This document shows positions 17,982 through 27,671 of a stretch of DNA of 64,000 bases, one piece after another. A program made the translations under genes and the position numbers. Source of the DNA: a virus. The notes under the pieces were generated by a model. The model was not told where the DNA came from, did no database searches, and was given only the letters and a program-made list of their open reading frames with translations. The DNA lies in the IMG/VR virus record IMGVR_UViG_3300042261_000762, positions 1 through 64,000 of that record, one strand, 5' to 3'. Every line of letters starts with the position of its first letter. The first letter of the stretch is position 1.

Positions 17982-18901
17982 GCAGTAAAAAATATTTTAT
18001 AAAACTTATAGAGAAATCTGTAGAGATAGCAAAAACTTACGGATTTGAAATATCCATAGAAGAGGCATTAGAGAAATGGAGCGAACCTCATAGATATTGG
18101 CATGTTATAAACCATCTAATAGATATGATTGAAGGAATAGACGAACTATTCAAAGAAAATAAGATTTCCGAAAAAGAATATCATATTCTCATAATTGCTG
18201 CCATATTCCACGATATTGTATATGACCCAAAAAGAAATGACAACGAAGAAAAAAGTGTTGAATATATGTTATCAACATTTAAGGGAGACATGAACGGTGA
18301 CGTAGAAAAGATAATTGAAATCATACTTGATACAAAAACACATGATTCAAAAAATGGAATAACAAAGAAATTCAATAAATTAGACACATGTATTCTAGAC
18401 GCCCCTTTTATTGATATGTTAGATTGGGAAAACAAAATATACAACGAATACAAATGGGCTGGATGGAAACAATATAAAAAAGGAAGAATCAAGTTCTTAT
18501 TGTCTAGTATTCAATCACATCCTCATAACGTATTAAATATTAAAAATTTAATAGATTATGTAGAAAAAAAGGAGCCTAAAGTTGGTATTTGTTATTATGA
18601 AATAGATAAACTCCCACCTATTAATGAGTTCATTATAAATAACAATAGGATAAATAGTTTATTCGATATTATCACTGTTGTTATTGTTTATAATAAAGAC
18701 AACTATGATAAAAATAAGATAAAAGAATATGGAGTTTGTTCTGATTATGAATTTGTTGCTCTGAGTGAAGATTCTTTTATTGGGTTTTTCAATAAACAGA
18801 GTGGTAATGTTTTTGTTGTAAAAGATATGAAATTAGTTGGAGAATATAATAAAGATATAGATTCCCAGATAAAAGAAAAAAATAAATTTTTCTACGGATA
18901 A
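17978..18901 (+). CDS. HD-superfamily metal-dependent phosphohydrolase
   Basis: EPHRYWH...H, AAIFHDIVYDP..DNEEKS. Confidence 0.85.
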   Translation: MSSKKYFIKLIEKSVEIAKTYGFEISIEEALEKWSEPHRYWHVINHLIDMIEGIDELFKENKISEKEYHILIIAAIFHDIVYDPKRNDNEEKSVEYMLSTFKGDMNGDVEKIIEIILDTKTHDSKNGITKKFNKLDTCILDAPFIDMLDWENKIYNEYKWAGWKQYKKGRIKFLLSSIQSHPHNVLNIKNLIDYVEKKEPKVGICYYEIDKLPPINEFIINNNRINSLFDIITVVIVYNKDNYDKNKIKEYGVCSDYEFVALSEDSFIGFFNKQSGNVFVVKDMKLVGEYNKDIDSQIKEKNKFFYG

Positions 18902-18938
18902 AAAGTTTATTTTTTTATTTGAATAAATTATTTTATCT

Positions 18939-19130
18939 TTGTACTTGTATTCGATGAAAATGTTAAATATTAAAAATCTCGAAAATAAAATAAAATTGTA
19001 TCTCATAAAACGCAAGTTGAAGAATGAGATGCGTAAGTTATATTTACACGCTAATTTTAAAGAATATTATACTGTAAAAGGACAGAAATTTATTTTAGAA
19101 GATCCATTTGGTGAAGAAAACTGGGATTAA
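18939..19130 (+). CDS. small protein ending in DPFGEENWD
   Basis: ORF track; start probably 18953. Confidence 0.6.
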   Translation: MYLYSMKMLNIKNLENKIKLYLIKRKLKNEMRKLYLHANFKEYYTVKGQKFILEDPFGEENWD

Positions 19131-19399
19131 AATGCAATCGATTAGAAATATTTGGAATTCCATTAAAGAAAGAAAGAAGAAGTTAATACAACATAGTTTC
19201 ATCTATTGTTTATTATGATAATAAAATTATTTTTATATTAAATTTTATATACATTTTTTCTAGTGTATTTTTAAGTACAATGTTAATAAAAAAGGATTCT
19301 TTTTATATAACTTAAAAAAAATTAAAGGACAAATAATTTCACAAGTAGATCCTTACGGTGAAGAAAACTGGAATATTTAACAATTAAAATTTTATAGAT

Positions 19400-19942
19400 A
19401 TGGTATCAATGTTTATTCCTAACGAACTTGCTGTGAAAGAGTATGAAAAGGATACTCAAAGGCTTATTAACATTTTAAGGAATAGTGATAGTAAATTTAA
19501 GGATACTCCTGAAGACAAAATTCATTTTGCCTACAGTTTATCTTTTTTCAAAAACAAAGGGGAATACACTCCTGAGTATTATGAAAATCTTTATCAAATG
19601 AAATTTGATGAAAGATACGAAGAAGAAGTAAAGAAAGCCAGAGTTAGTCTGTCAATGACAGCTGGATATTTCTACATTTCAGATAGAGTTGATGGTGTTT
19701 CAGAGTCCGTGAAAAACGCTCTGAAAATGATTACTGCCCAGAAAATGATCAATGAGCAGGCGAGAATCACAGAAAAGACTGGTGAAGAAAACGAAGAAGT
19801 TTTGAAGTCTATTCCAATTCCAAAAGAAGAGCAGAAACCTATGACTTTACAGGAACAGCTTGAGAAAGCTATTCAGGAAGAGGATTATATGGAGGCGGCT
19901 AGAATTAGGGACGAAATGAAAAAGACACACGAAAACGCTTAA
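19400..19942 (+). CDS. protein with C-terminal UVR (UvrB/C) coiled-coil motif
   Basis: LEKAIQEEDYMEAARIRDEM. Confidence 0.75.
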   Translation: MVSMFIPNELAVKEYEKDTQRLINILRNSDSKFKDTPEDKIHFAYSLSFFKNKGEYTPEYYENLYQMKFDERYEEEVKKARVSLSMTAGYFYISDRVDGVSESVKNALKMITAQKMINEQARITEKTGEENEEVLKSIPIPKEEQKPMTLQEQLEKAIQEEDYMEAARIRDEMKKTHENA

Positions 19943-19946
19943 TCCA

Positions 19947-20186
19947 ATGATAAAGGACGATAAAGAATATATTTATTGGTTAAAGATATTAAGAAATAAT
20001 AAGATAAGCAAAGAAACTTGGTCTCAATTAAGTGAAGAAGAAGCTTCTACTTTCTTAAATAAAATCAGAGAATTAAGAGAATATTACTACGATAATAAAA
20101 GTAGATTCACCTTAGAAAAAAGATTGAAAAAATATAAACACCTATTATCAATAGATCCTTATGGTGAAGAAGATTGGGATAATTAA
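19947..20186 (+). CDS. small protein ending in DPYGEEDWD
   Basis: ORF track. Confidence 0.7.
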   Translation: MIKDDKEYIYWLKILRNNKISKETWSQLSEEEASTFLNKIRELREYYYDNKSRFTLEKRLKKYKHLLSIDPYGEEDWDN

Positions 20187-20198
20187 AAATATAAAGTT

Positions 20199-20630
20199 AT
20201 GAAAGTTGGAGATATAGTAAAACCCATTAGAAATACATGTAATCACGCCTATATTATTGGTAGAAAATATGAGATTACTGCTCAATATGTTAATGGTGGT
20301 GGTGGACCTATATACTGGTCTTTGAGAGATGTAGAAAATGGTACCGTTAACGGTACTTATATAGCAGAAGCAGATTTGGCTCTTTTCTCTCTCAATAGAA
20401 AAGAAATAGAGAATAAAATTAAAGAAATGGAAATAGAGATAGATAAAAATAAGAAAATGATTGAATATCTCGAAACCGAAAATAAAGATGAAGTTGATTC
20501 CAATGAGTTCTTCGCTTGGTACATAGTACGAATTATGGAATCTGAAGATCCTCGTAGAAAAGAAAGAGTATCAAAACTATTAAATTCTATCAGTAATAAT
20601 ATTAATTTTGATCAAATAATTTCAAGATAA
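20199..20630 (+). CDS. hypothetical protein, tandem paralogue A (SH3-like N-terminus plus coiled coil)
   Basis: Colinear and highly similar to 20643..21071. Confidence 0.8.
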   Translation: MKVGDIVKPIRNTCNHAYIIGRKYEITAQYVNGGGGPIYWSLRDVENGTVNGTYIAEADLALFSLNRKEIENKIKEMEIEIDKNKKMIEYLETENKDEVDSNEFFAWYIVRIMESEDPRRKERVSKLLNSISNNINFDQIISR

Positions 20631-20642
20631 AAAATTAAAACT

Positions 20643-21071
20643 ATGAAAATTGGAGATATTGTAAAACCAGTTGCTAATACTGTTGGACATAATTATATTA
20701 TAGGAAAAAAGTACGCGATAGCAAATCCATATAATAATGGAGGTGGAATAGCTTGTTGGTATCTTAGAGATCTGGAAACAGGAATTAACGGCACATCTTA
20801 TATTGCAGAAACTGATTTGGCGCTATTCTCTCTAAATAAGAAGGAATTAGATGATAGAATTAAAAAGATGGAATTCGAGATAGAAAGGGATAAGAAAATG
20901 ATGGAATATCTTGAATCAGAGAATAAGGATGAAGTTGATTCTACAGAATTCTTCGCTTGGTATATCGTTCAGATTATGGAATCTACTGATCCAAAAAAGA
21001 AAGAAAAAATTAGTAAACTTCTGAATTCGGTTAATAACAACGTTAATATTGATAATATTTTAACAAGATAA
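20643..21071 (+). CDS. hypothetical protein, tandem paralogue B
   Basis: MKIGDIVKP...DLALFSLN...EFFAWYIV shared with paralogue A. Confidence 0.8.
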   Translation: MKIGDIVKPVANTVGHNYIIGKKYAIANPYNNGGGIACWYLRDLETGINGTSYIAETDLALFSLNKKELDDRIKKMEFEIERDKKMMEYLESENKDEVDSTEFFAWYIVQIMESTDPKKKEKISKLLNSVNNNVNIDNILTR

Positions 21072-21075
21072 AAGA

Positions 21076-21801
21076 ATGAAATCATCTTTAATTTCCAAAG
21101 ACTTAAAAACTATTCTTGCTAACTTTGGCATCTTGACTATTATATCAGAAGATATGGATTATCTTGACGCCAAAGATGAATCTACTATCACTTACATGCC
21201 AATAGATAAAGTTAGTAGATCGTTAGAATCGGGGAAAGACCCGTGGACTGCTACTAGTAGAGTAGCTATGAAGGTTGGTAGATTTTTCAATAAAATTCTT
21301 TTCATTGAAGATTCTAAAATTGAAAACTTAGCCAATAGATTTAAGACTTTTTATAAAATATCGAAAGGTGATTTTAGTGAAATATTTACTATAGTTCACG
21401 GTGAAGATATTAGATTCTGGTACAACGTGGCTAATTATGTACCAGGTGGGGGTTCTTTGAACTCGTCTTGTATGAGGGGAGCAACAACTCAGTTAGATTT
21501 ATACGTGGAAAATCCTGATGTTGTTAAATTACTTATTATGACAGAAAATAACAAATTATCGGGTAGGGCTCTCATGTGGACAACAGATAGAGGAGTTTAT
21601 ATTGATCGCCCATATTGTAGATATGATACTGATCAGCATATGTATAAGAAATACGCAGAGCATTTTAAGTATCATAGTTTCTATACCAGAACTGGGGCAA
21701 TCCAGGCTAGGGCTAGGTTACGAAAAACGTATGATAGCGCGCATAAACCTTATCTGGATTCTATGCAACTTAATGGTAGAGACATTACAGTATTTTTATA
21801 A
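21076..21801 (+). CDS. hypothetical phage protein (SCMR...GRALMW...DRPY)
   Basis: ORF track. Confidence 0.75.
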   Translation: MKSSLISKDLKTILANFGILTIISEDMDYLDAKDESTITYMPIDKVSRSLESGKDPWTATSRVAMKVGRFFNKILFIEDSKIENLANRFKTFYKISKGDFSEIFTIVHGEDIRFWYNVANYVPGGGSLNSSCMRGATTQLDLYVENPDVVKLLIMTENNKLSGRALMWTTDRGVYIDRPYCRYDTDQHMYKKYAEHFKYHSFYTRTGAIQARARLRKTYDSAHKPYLDSMQLNGRDITVFL

Positions 21802-21834
21802 AAATCCTTTTTAATTTTTAATATATAGTCGAGT

Positions 21835-22365
21835 ATGATTAAAAAGTACTCGACTTATATTTTCGAAGCTGTGAAAACACCAATAGAAGATAACGTATTA
21901 TTGAATTATAATCAATGGTATCAGGACAACTACGATGCGTTTAAGACTGATATTATTGATGAACTCAAAAATAAATTAGTCGGTAAGACTATTTATATTG
22001 ACGGTAAGTATCAAAAACCCTACAGGAATTATAGACCTGGAGAAAAAAGGGAAGAAGATCCTTTAGATATTGAGATTATTTATAAAGGTAAAAATGTCAA
22101 ACGTCTTTATAAAATTAAAGTCAAAGATGTACAATATGATGGTAGTCATACAAGAGAAGTACAGTGTGTTGAATTAATTGATGAAGATGGAAATAGATTT
22201 AAGTTAAAAAGAATAGTTACTAAAGAACAATATGATAGATTCGCTAAAAAAGCGGAGGGGGCATTAAAAGAAATCGAAGAAAAGAAAAGAAAGAAAGAAG
22301 AATTACGATTGAAACATGTGCATCACGATCCATATGGAGAAGAATTATGGGAGGATGATGATTGA
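21835..22365 (+). CDS. putative virion-internal protein (CTS-like N-terminus, DPYGEELW)
   Basis: MIKKYSTYIFE; TATATA element upstream. Confidence 0.7.
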   Translation: MIKKYSTYIFEAVKTPIEDNVLLNYNQWYQDNYDAFKTDIIDELKNKLVGKTIYIDGKYQKPYRNYRPGEKREEDPLDIEIIYKGKNVKRLYKIKVKDVQYDGSHTREVQCVELIDEDGNRFKLKRIVTKEQYDRFAKKAEGALKEIEEKKRKKEELRLKHVHHDPYGEELWEDDD

Positions 22366-22386
22366 TGGTAAAAATAAAGAAAATTA

Positions 22387-22737
22387 ATGATAACTGAATT
22401 TGAAAATTTTTTAAATGAGAAAGTTCTAATTCCGGATGAAACTCGTATTCTTAAAGAACTAGATGGTGCTAAATTCCTAAATGTAGAATATATCAATAAC
22501 GATGAAGGATGGGGAATTACTTATAGTAAAAATGGTAAAACTGGATCTATTGGTGGTTTTAATTTTAATGAAGATGTACACGAATTTTTAATTTCTCACA
22601 ATATAGATTATAGTGGAAGATCAGGATATGAGTATATGAGAAAACACAGAGCCGATCAAAAAAAGATACCATTTGATAGATACCAAAAAGATTTAATGCT
22701 GAATGGCATACCTGATGATATGCTAGAAGACTTCTAA
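22387..22737 (+). CDS. putative virion-internal protein
   Basis: MITEFENFLNE N-terminus. Confidence 0.7.
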   Translation: MITEFENFLNEKVLIPDETRILKELDGAKFLNVEYINNDEGWGITYSKNGKTGSIGGFNFNEDVHEFLISHNIDYSGRSGYEYMRKHRADQKKIPFDRYQKDLMLNGIPDDMLEDF

Positions 22738-22754
22738 AAAAGAATAAAAATGAA

Positions 22755-23159
22755 ATGATTAAAAAATTATATGAATTTCGTCCAGCAGAGATAATGGAAC
22801 CAATTACTAAGAAAAAAAGAGTTCCTGAAGAAGATAGCGGTGATTATTTCTTAATTACATGGCACGAAGGTGGAGACGAAATACATTTTCTTATGATGGA
22901 TATGATTCATTATGAGACTGTTGATAAATCTATAAGTGAACTTCTAAGAAGAGATGACCCTAAAGTTAAAAAATGGTCGGAAATAATATCAGATAAACAA
23001 AATTTTGCAGAGAATTTTTTAAGATTTTGTTATAAAAGTCAAACTTACCCAAAAGGTAGAAATAAAGATTTTTGGTTACAATCATATTGTAGTGATAAAT
23101 GGATATATAATGACTATAATATAGAAAGAATAATTTATATTCCAGAATTTGGTCAATAA
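22755..23159 (+). CDS. hypothetical protein
   Basis: ORF track. Confidence 0.7.
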   Translation: MIKKLYEFRPAEIMEPITKKKRVPEEDSGDYFLITWHEGGDEIHFLMMDMIHYETVDKSISELLRRDDPKVKKWSEIISDKQNFAENFLRFCYKSQTYPKGRNKDFWLQSYCSDKWIYNDYNIERIIYIPEFGQ

Positions 23160-23368
23160 ATTTTTTTATTAACGGAAATATTATTACTTTTGTATTAGAT
23201 AAATGAGTGAAGTTCTTTTAAGATTTTATTGTCCTAGTGTAATAAGATACGATCCATTAAATTAGCACACCTTGAGCGGTTGATACCCTTAACGTTTGGA
23301 TATACAGGGCCAAACACTCGGTAGAGCGGTGGAGAATCGGGAGTCCGCAACAATAAAATCTATAATAT

Positions 23369-23537
23369 ATTATAAGACGTTCTTTGATAGAGATATGCAC
23401 GAAGTTGAGCCAGTCTAAGGTCTGGCGAGAAAACAAATATAAAAAGCGAAACGCGTGAGATTTGTTCACCAAAACCTAGTGTGTAATTAGTAAATCACAT
23501 GTATCAAAATCAAAGGAAATCTAGATCGTCTTATAAT
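23369..23537 (+). ncRNA. unidentified rod-like structured RNA (about 170 nt)
   Basis: ATTATAAGACG/CGTCTTATAAT, CTTTGAT/ATCAAAG and further internal stems; downstream of a TAnnTTTG promoter and boxA. Confidence 0.55.
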
Positions 23538-23588
23538 TAAAAATTAAAAATAAAAAATAATATATAGTATAAAATACTATATAAATAT

Positions 23589-24059
23589 ATGAGCAAGTTA
23601 TTTAGATTTTCTAATTTTAAGGTTAACGAAAACGTTGATGGTTTATATCAGACTATAAAAGATATAATAGAACATTATCAACAGAAAATAGGAGCAAAAG
23701 ATTGGTTTGATTTTGCAGGTAAAGGAAAGTGGTACCATCATTTTAAGAATGATTTATGGTTAAACTTTATAGAAAATAAAGACGAAGCAGCCAAGAATAT
23801 AATAGATACAGCTAGAAGAGCAGGAATTGACATAGATAGTAGAGCAGAAAACCACGAAAGAGGAGAAGATTTAGTAATTCATCAAATAAAAGTATTGTTA
23901 TATAAAAATAGACAAAAAGATATAGATACAACAGTACAAGAAATAGTAAAATTATTAAACAACGATATAAAAGTACAGTGGAGAAGTTCAGCTTTTAATA
24001 CATATAGAAATCAAGAAATGGGCGAAGATAGAGATATAAACCTTGAAGACGCCTATTAA
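23589..24059 (+). CDS. hypothetical protein (CTS-like N-terminus)
   Basis: MSKLFRFSNFKVNE. Confidence 0.7.
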   Translation: MSKLFRFSNFKVNENVDGLYQTIKDIIEHYQQKIGAKDWFDFAGKGKWYHHFKNDLWLNFIENKDEAAKNIIDTARRAGIDIDSRAENHERGEDLVIHQIKVLLYKNRQKDIDTTVQEIVKLLNNDIKVQWRSSAFNTYRNQEMGEDRDINLEDAY

Positions 24060-24126
24060 AATGGAAAAAATACAATATTTTTATAAAATATATAAACAAA
24101 ACAACAATTATACGATATATAAAATT

Positions 24127-24204
24127 ATGAATAACATTTTACATAACAACTTACTGAACCTATTACTCCTCTTGGGGATAATTGGATTGGGTGTGTTATG
24201 CTAA
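24127..24204 (+). CDS. attenuator leader peptide 2 MNNILHNNLLNLLLLLGIIGLGVLC
   Basis: 10 of 25 codons are Leu, using five different Leu codons; antiterminator GGATTGGGT at 24184-24192. Confidence 0.88.
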   Translation: MNNILHNNLLNLLLLLGIIGLGVLC

Positions 24205-24231
24205 ATGAAGAATTTATCGCAGTAAAGCACT

Positions 24232-24266
24232 AACCCAATCCTTAAAAGATTGGGTTTTTTGTTTTT
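24232..24266 (+). terminator. attenuator terminator of array 2
   Basis: AACCCAATC-cttaaaa-GATTGGGTT plus U tract. Confidence 0.88.
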
Positions 24267-24287
24267 AACGATAAAGGAGAAAATGTT

Positions 24288-24542
24288 ATGAAAAGAGAAG
24301 AATTTATAAAATGGTTAGAAAATAGTACCGGTTTTACAAGAGAATATAACGATTGTGACGATACATATTGGGAAGAAGAAGTTGATTATGCTAATATGGT
24401 AAGAGATTATTTGGAAGTTGAAAACGATGATGTAGTATTAAGCTGGGAAGAATGGTATTGGGGTGGAATAAATTATAGAAAAGATAGATACGAATTTGAA
24501 GAGTTCATTGAAAGGTATAAAAATTATACATTGAAATTTTAA
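24288..24542 (+). CDS. acidic, Trp/Tyr-rich hypothetical protein
   Basis: ORF track; first gene after the attenuator. Confidence 0.7.
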   Translation: MKREEFIKWLENSTGFTREYNDCDDTYWEEEVDYANMVRDYLEVENDDVVLSWEEWYWGGINYRKDRYEFEEFIERYKNYTLKF

Positions 24543-24679
24543 AGATTGCTTACAGCAAAATAAAATCGACCACCATTGGGTTGAGTAGTGTAAGTGGTTA
24601 ACACGCCAGGGAGTATCCAGAGAGAACGGGAAACCTGGAGAATGTTGGTTCGAGTCCAACCTTTATAAAAAGCAATCTG
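24543..24679 (+). ncRNA. TTACAGCAA-clamp RNA enclosing tRNA-like D and T arms
   Basis: AGATTGCTT-ACAGCAA ... AAGCAATCT stem; inside are a D arm, a CCAGG/CCTGG stem and T arm GTTGG-ttcgagt-CCAAC. Confidence 0.55.
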
Positions 24680-24685
24680 TTCAAT

Positions 24686-24769
24686 GCGGATATGGCGGAA
24701 TTGGTAGACGCGCCACTTTGAGGGGGTGGTGCCCGCAAGGGCGTAGGGGTTCGAGTCCCCTTATCCGCA
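24686..24769 (+). tRNA. tRNA-Leu(GAG)
   Basis: Canonical, long variable arm. Confidence 0.95.
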
Positions 24770-24776
24770 CAAAAAA

Positions 24777-24850
24777 GGCTCCATAGGAGAATTGGTATAT
24801 CCACTTGACTTAGGATCAAGATTTTGTGGGTTCGAGTCCCACTGGGGCCA
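24777..24850 (+). tRNA. tRNA-Leu(TAG), short variable loop
   Basis: CTTGA-ctTAGga-TCAAG. Confidence 0.9.
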
Positions 24851-24855
24851 CAAAC

Positions 24856-24929
24856 GCCGTTGTGATGGAACTGGCATACATATTGAGCTCAAACCTCAAG
24901 TTTTGTGGGTTCGAATCCCACCTTCGGTA
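24856..24929 (+). tRNA. tRNA-Leu(CAA), short variable loop
   Basis: TTGAG-ctCAAac-CTCAA. Confidence 0.85.
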
Positions 24930-24934
24930 CAAAT

Positions 24935-25007
24935 GACTCTGTAGCCTAACTGGTAGTGGCGTCTGGCTTAAAACCAGAATATCTCGGTTCGATCCCGAGC
25001 AGGGTTA
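24935..25007 (+). tRNA. tRNA-Leu(TAA), short variable loop
   Basis: TCTGG-ctTAAaa-CCAGA. Confidence 0.9.
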
Positions 25008-25013
25008 CTAAAT

Positions 25014-25087
25014 GGCTCTATGGCGTAATTGCGTAGTCGCGCAAGTCTTAGGAACTTGATGTCCCGGTTCGAGTCTGGGTAGGGCCA
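25014..25087 (+). tRNA. tRNA-Leu(TAG), short variable loop
   Basis: CAAGT-ctTAGga-ACTTG. Confidence 0.85.
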
Positions 25088-25098
25088 CTAAAAAATAT

Positions 25099-26658
25099 AT
25101 GAAAATGAAAAAGTTTGTAGTTCCGATGTTTCCTTATCCCAGTGGTAATATTCATATGGGTCATATGAGAAATTACACTATATCTGATGCTATAGCTAGA
25201 TATTGGAGAAATAAAGGATATGAGGTTTGTCACCCTATAGGGTGGGATTCTTTTGGTATGCCAGCGGAAAACGCTGCAATTAAGAATAACATTCATCCAA
25301 AAGAATGGACAGACGCCAATATTAATAATATGAGAGATCAAATGAAGAGAATGAATATGTCATTTGATTGGGATAAAGAAGTCTCTACTTGTGAAATGGA
25401 TTATTGGAAATGGGAACAGAAATTTTTCATAGATGCGTGGGAAAAGGGATTTATAGAGAAGAAAATTGGTATAGTAAATTGGGATCCAGTTGATAAAACT
25501 GTAATGGCTTCCAATCAAGTTATTGACGGAAAAGGTTGGAGATCTGGAGCTAAGATTGAGAAAAAAGAAATGGTTCAATATTATTTCAAAACGACTATGT
25601 TTGCTGATGAAATGTATGAATCAATAAAAGATATTGAAAAAGATTGGCCTGAAATTATCACTAAACAACAGAAACAATTTATTAAGAACGGTATAAGAGA
25701 AGGCGATGAAGTTAGACCTTTTACAGATTGGTGTATTTCACGTCAGAGATATTGGGGAACTCCTATCCCTATGATAAATTGTCATGTTTGCGGAACAATT
25801 CCAAATAAAGATATTCCTGTAGTTCCTCCTTATGACGTTAAATTTGATGGACATGGAAATCCAATGGATAACCATCCAACATGGAAACATATTAAGTGCC
25901 ATAAATGTGGTGGTGATGCTGAGAAAGAGACTGACACAATGGACACTTTTGTTCAGTCAAGTTGGTATTTTATAAGATACATTTCTGAATTTAACGGGGA
26001 TAAATTCAATTGGGAAGAAATAAAAAGATGGTTCCCAATAGACTATTATATTGGTGGAGCTGAACATTCTACTGGGCATATGATATATGCTAGGTTTTTC
26101 TGGAGAATATTTAAGAAGATGGGTTATATTCCTGAAGAAGTTTCAATTGAACCTTTTGGTAAGGTTATAACACAAGGTATGGTAAAGAAGGATGGTAAGA
26201 AGATGTCTAAAAATTTTGGTAATGGTGTGTCGCCTGATGAAATGGTAGATAAATATGGATCTGATGTTGTGAGAATGTATATAATGTTTGCTGGTCCTCC
26301 AGAGCAAGATTTTGAGTGGATAGATGATAACATATCAGGATGTAGTAGATTTATAAAGAAATTTAGACATGGGTTTGAAAGAACAAAAGATATGGTATAT
26401 GTAGAAAATAAAAAGAATGAAGATTGGGCTAGAAATAGAATTGATATTATTCGTAAAAGAACAAATGAAGTTTATGAAAAAAATTACAAATTCAATACTA
26501 TAGTATCTACAGCAATGGAAACTTTTAATGCCATATCTAAAACAACAGATATAAATATATGGAAAGAAGGGTATGAAGTCATAATGAATGCTATTAGTCC
26601 TATATCTCCTGATGTTTGTAGAGAAATAAGAGACGAATTCCAAAATGGAAATAATTGA
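25099..26658 (+). CDS. leuS: leucyl-tRNA synthetase, minimal (519 aa; no CP1 editing domain, no C-terminal domain)
   Basis: MFPYPSG.IHMGH, GWDSFGMPAENAA, DWCISRQRYWG, DTMDTF..SSWY, KMSK. Confidence 0.95.
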   Translation: MKMKKFVVPMFPYPSGNIHMGHMRNYTISDAIARYWRNKGYEVCHPIGWDSFGMPAENAAIKNNIHPKEWTDANINNMRDQMKRMNMSFDWDKEVSTCEMDYWKWEQKFFIDAWEKGFIEKKIGIVNWDPVDKTVMASNQVIDGKGWRSGAKIEKKEMVQYYFKTTMFADEMYESIKDIEKDWPEIITKQQKQFIKNGIREGDEVRPFTDWCISRQRYWGTPIPMINCHVCGTIPNKDIPVVPPYDVKFDGHGNPMDNHPTWKHIKCHKCGGDAEKETDTMDTFVQSSWYFIRYISEFNGDKFNWEEIKRWFPIDYYIGGAEHSTGHMIYARFFWRIFKKMGYIPEEVSIEPFGKVITQGMVKKDGKKMSKNFGNGVSPDEMVDKYGSDVVRMYIMFAGPPEQDFEWIDDNISGCSRFIKKFRHGFERTKDMVYVENKKNEDWARNRIDIIRKRTNEVYEKNYKFNTIVSTAMETFNAISKTTDINIWKEGYEVIMNAISPISPDVCREIRDEFQNGNN

Positions 26659-26733
26659 AACTTTTTCTTTGATATATAATATACGAAACTATGGAGTAAA
26701 ATCCATAAAAATAAAAATAATAGATTAAAGATT

Positions 26734-26922
26734 ATGAATGGAAAAGTAAAATTTTATGATGAAAAAAAGGGATTTGGGTTCATTTTAGAGAATGAAACCG
26801 GCAAAGAATATTTTGCCCACGCAACCGGTTTAATCGACAAGATTACAAAAGATGATGATGTCGAATTTGAGATAATTCAGGGGAAAAAGGGGATGAATGC
26901 TATAGACGTTAAACTAATATAA
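26734..26922 (+). CDS. csp: cold-shock domain protein
   Basis: GKVKFYDEKKGFGFI...FAH. Confidence 0.92.
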   Translation: MNGKVKFYDEKKGFGFILENETGKEYFAHATGLIDKITKDDDVEFEIIQGKKGMNAIDVKLI

Positions 26923-26942
26923 ATCCAGTGAAAAAAAATCCT

Positions 26943-26976
26943 AAAACCCCGACAAAAATCGGGGTTTTGTTTTTTT
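26943..26976 (+). terminator. intrinsic terminator
   Basis: AAAACCCCGA-caaaaa-TCGGGGTTTT plus T run. Confidence 0.85.
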
Positions 26977-27036
26977 AATTCGAATATTAGTCGTATATTT
27001 GTATAGTTAAAAAGTTCATTGAAAAAAAGGATCCAA

Positions 27037-27164
27037 TCCTTGATCGAAGGTCAGCACCGATGGACGCTCCTATCCAGAGCAGCGGTAAGCAGGACTGACA
27101 TGTAGATATAGTGACGTGAGGGCGAAAGAACCCGACTATTCCAACTGGAAAATTGGACAAGGAT
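27037..27164 (+). ncRNA. unidentified structured RNA (about 130 nt)
   Basis: ATCCTTG/CAAGGAT closure, GC-rich interior; lies between promoter+boxA and tRNA-Leu. Confidence 0.45.
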
Positions 27165-27170
27165 ATATAT

Positions 27171-27254
27171 GCCGAGGTGGCGGAACTGGTAGACGCGACG
27201 GACTTAAAATCCGTTGACCGTAAGGTCGTAGGGGTTCGATTCCCCTCCCCGGTA
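27171..27254 (+). tRNA. tRNA-Leu(TAA)
   Basis: Canonical with long variable arm. Confidence 0.95.
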
Positions 27255-27383
27255 CAAGTTAGTTCTTTATTTTATTGATTGTTTTATTCGTGTAGGTCGG
27301 ACTGGACTAGGAGTCGCTACCATAGGTCCACATTGGACATTAGAGAGCCAATGTTATGTCTAAAAACCTAACATGATAAAACT

Positions 27384-27671
27384 ATGAGCAAGAAAGCTAA
27401 ACTTAAGAACAGGGAAAAACGTTTACAGGAAAAACGTTCTCGTAAAGCCGCCAATAAAGCAAGATATGCTGAATTGAGAAGGCTGGGAATCAATAGTAAA
27501 TCTAAAAGATTCCAGAAAAAGAAGAGATCAGTTATTTTAGGGGATCACCCTTTTGGTAACTGTGGAAATATTGGATGTAAAAAGTGTTTTCCTGACCTTT
27601 ATCAAATAGGAGTTGAATATAAGGTGAAAATAAAACAAGTTATATCTCCCATCAAACGATGGGAGATATAA
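27384..27671 (+). CDS. basic protein with CGNIGCKKC zinc-binding motif
   Basis: ORF track. Confidence 0.7.
   Translation: MSKKAKLKNREKRLQEKRSRKAANKARYAELRRLGINSKSKRFQKKKRSVILGDHPFGNCGNIGCKKCFPDLYQIGVEYKVKIKQVISPIKRWEI

Noticed and set aside
27065-27140. SAM-I riboswitch (CTATCCAGAG...GGACTG)
   Set aside because: Only the first words resemble it; the P3/GCAAC and P1 partner elements are missing, and it precedes a tRNA.
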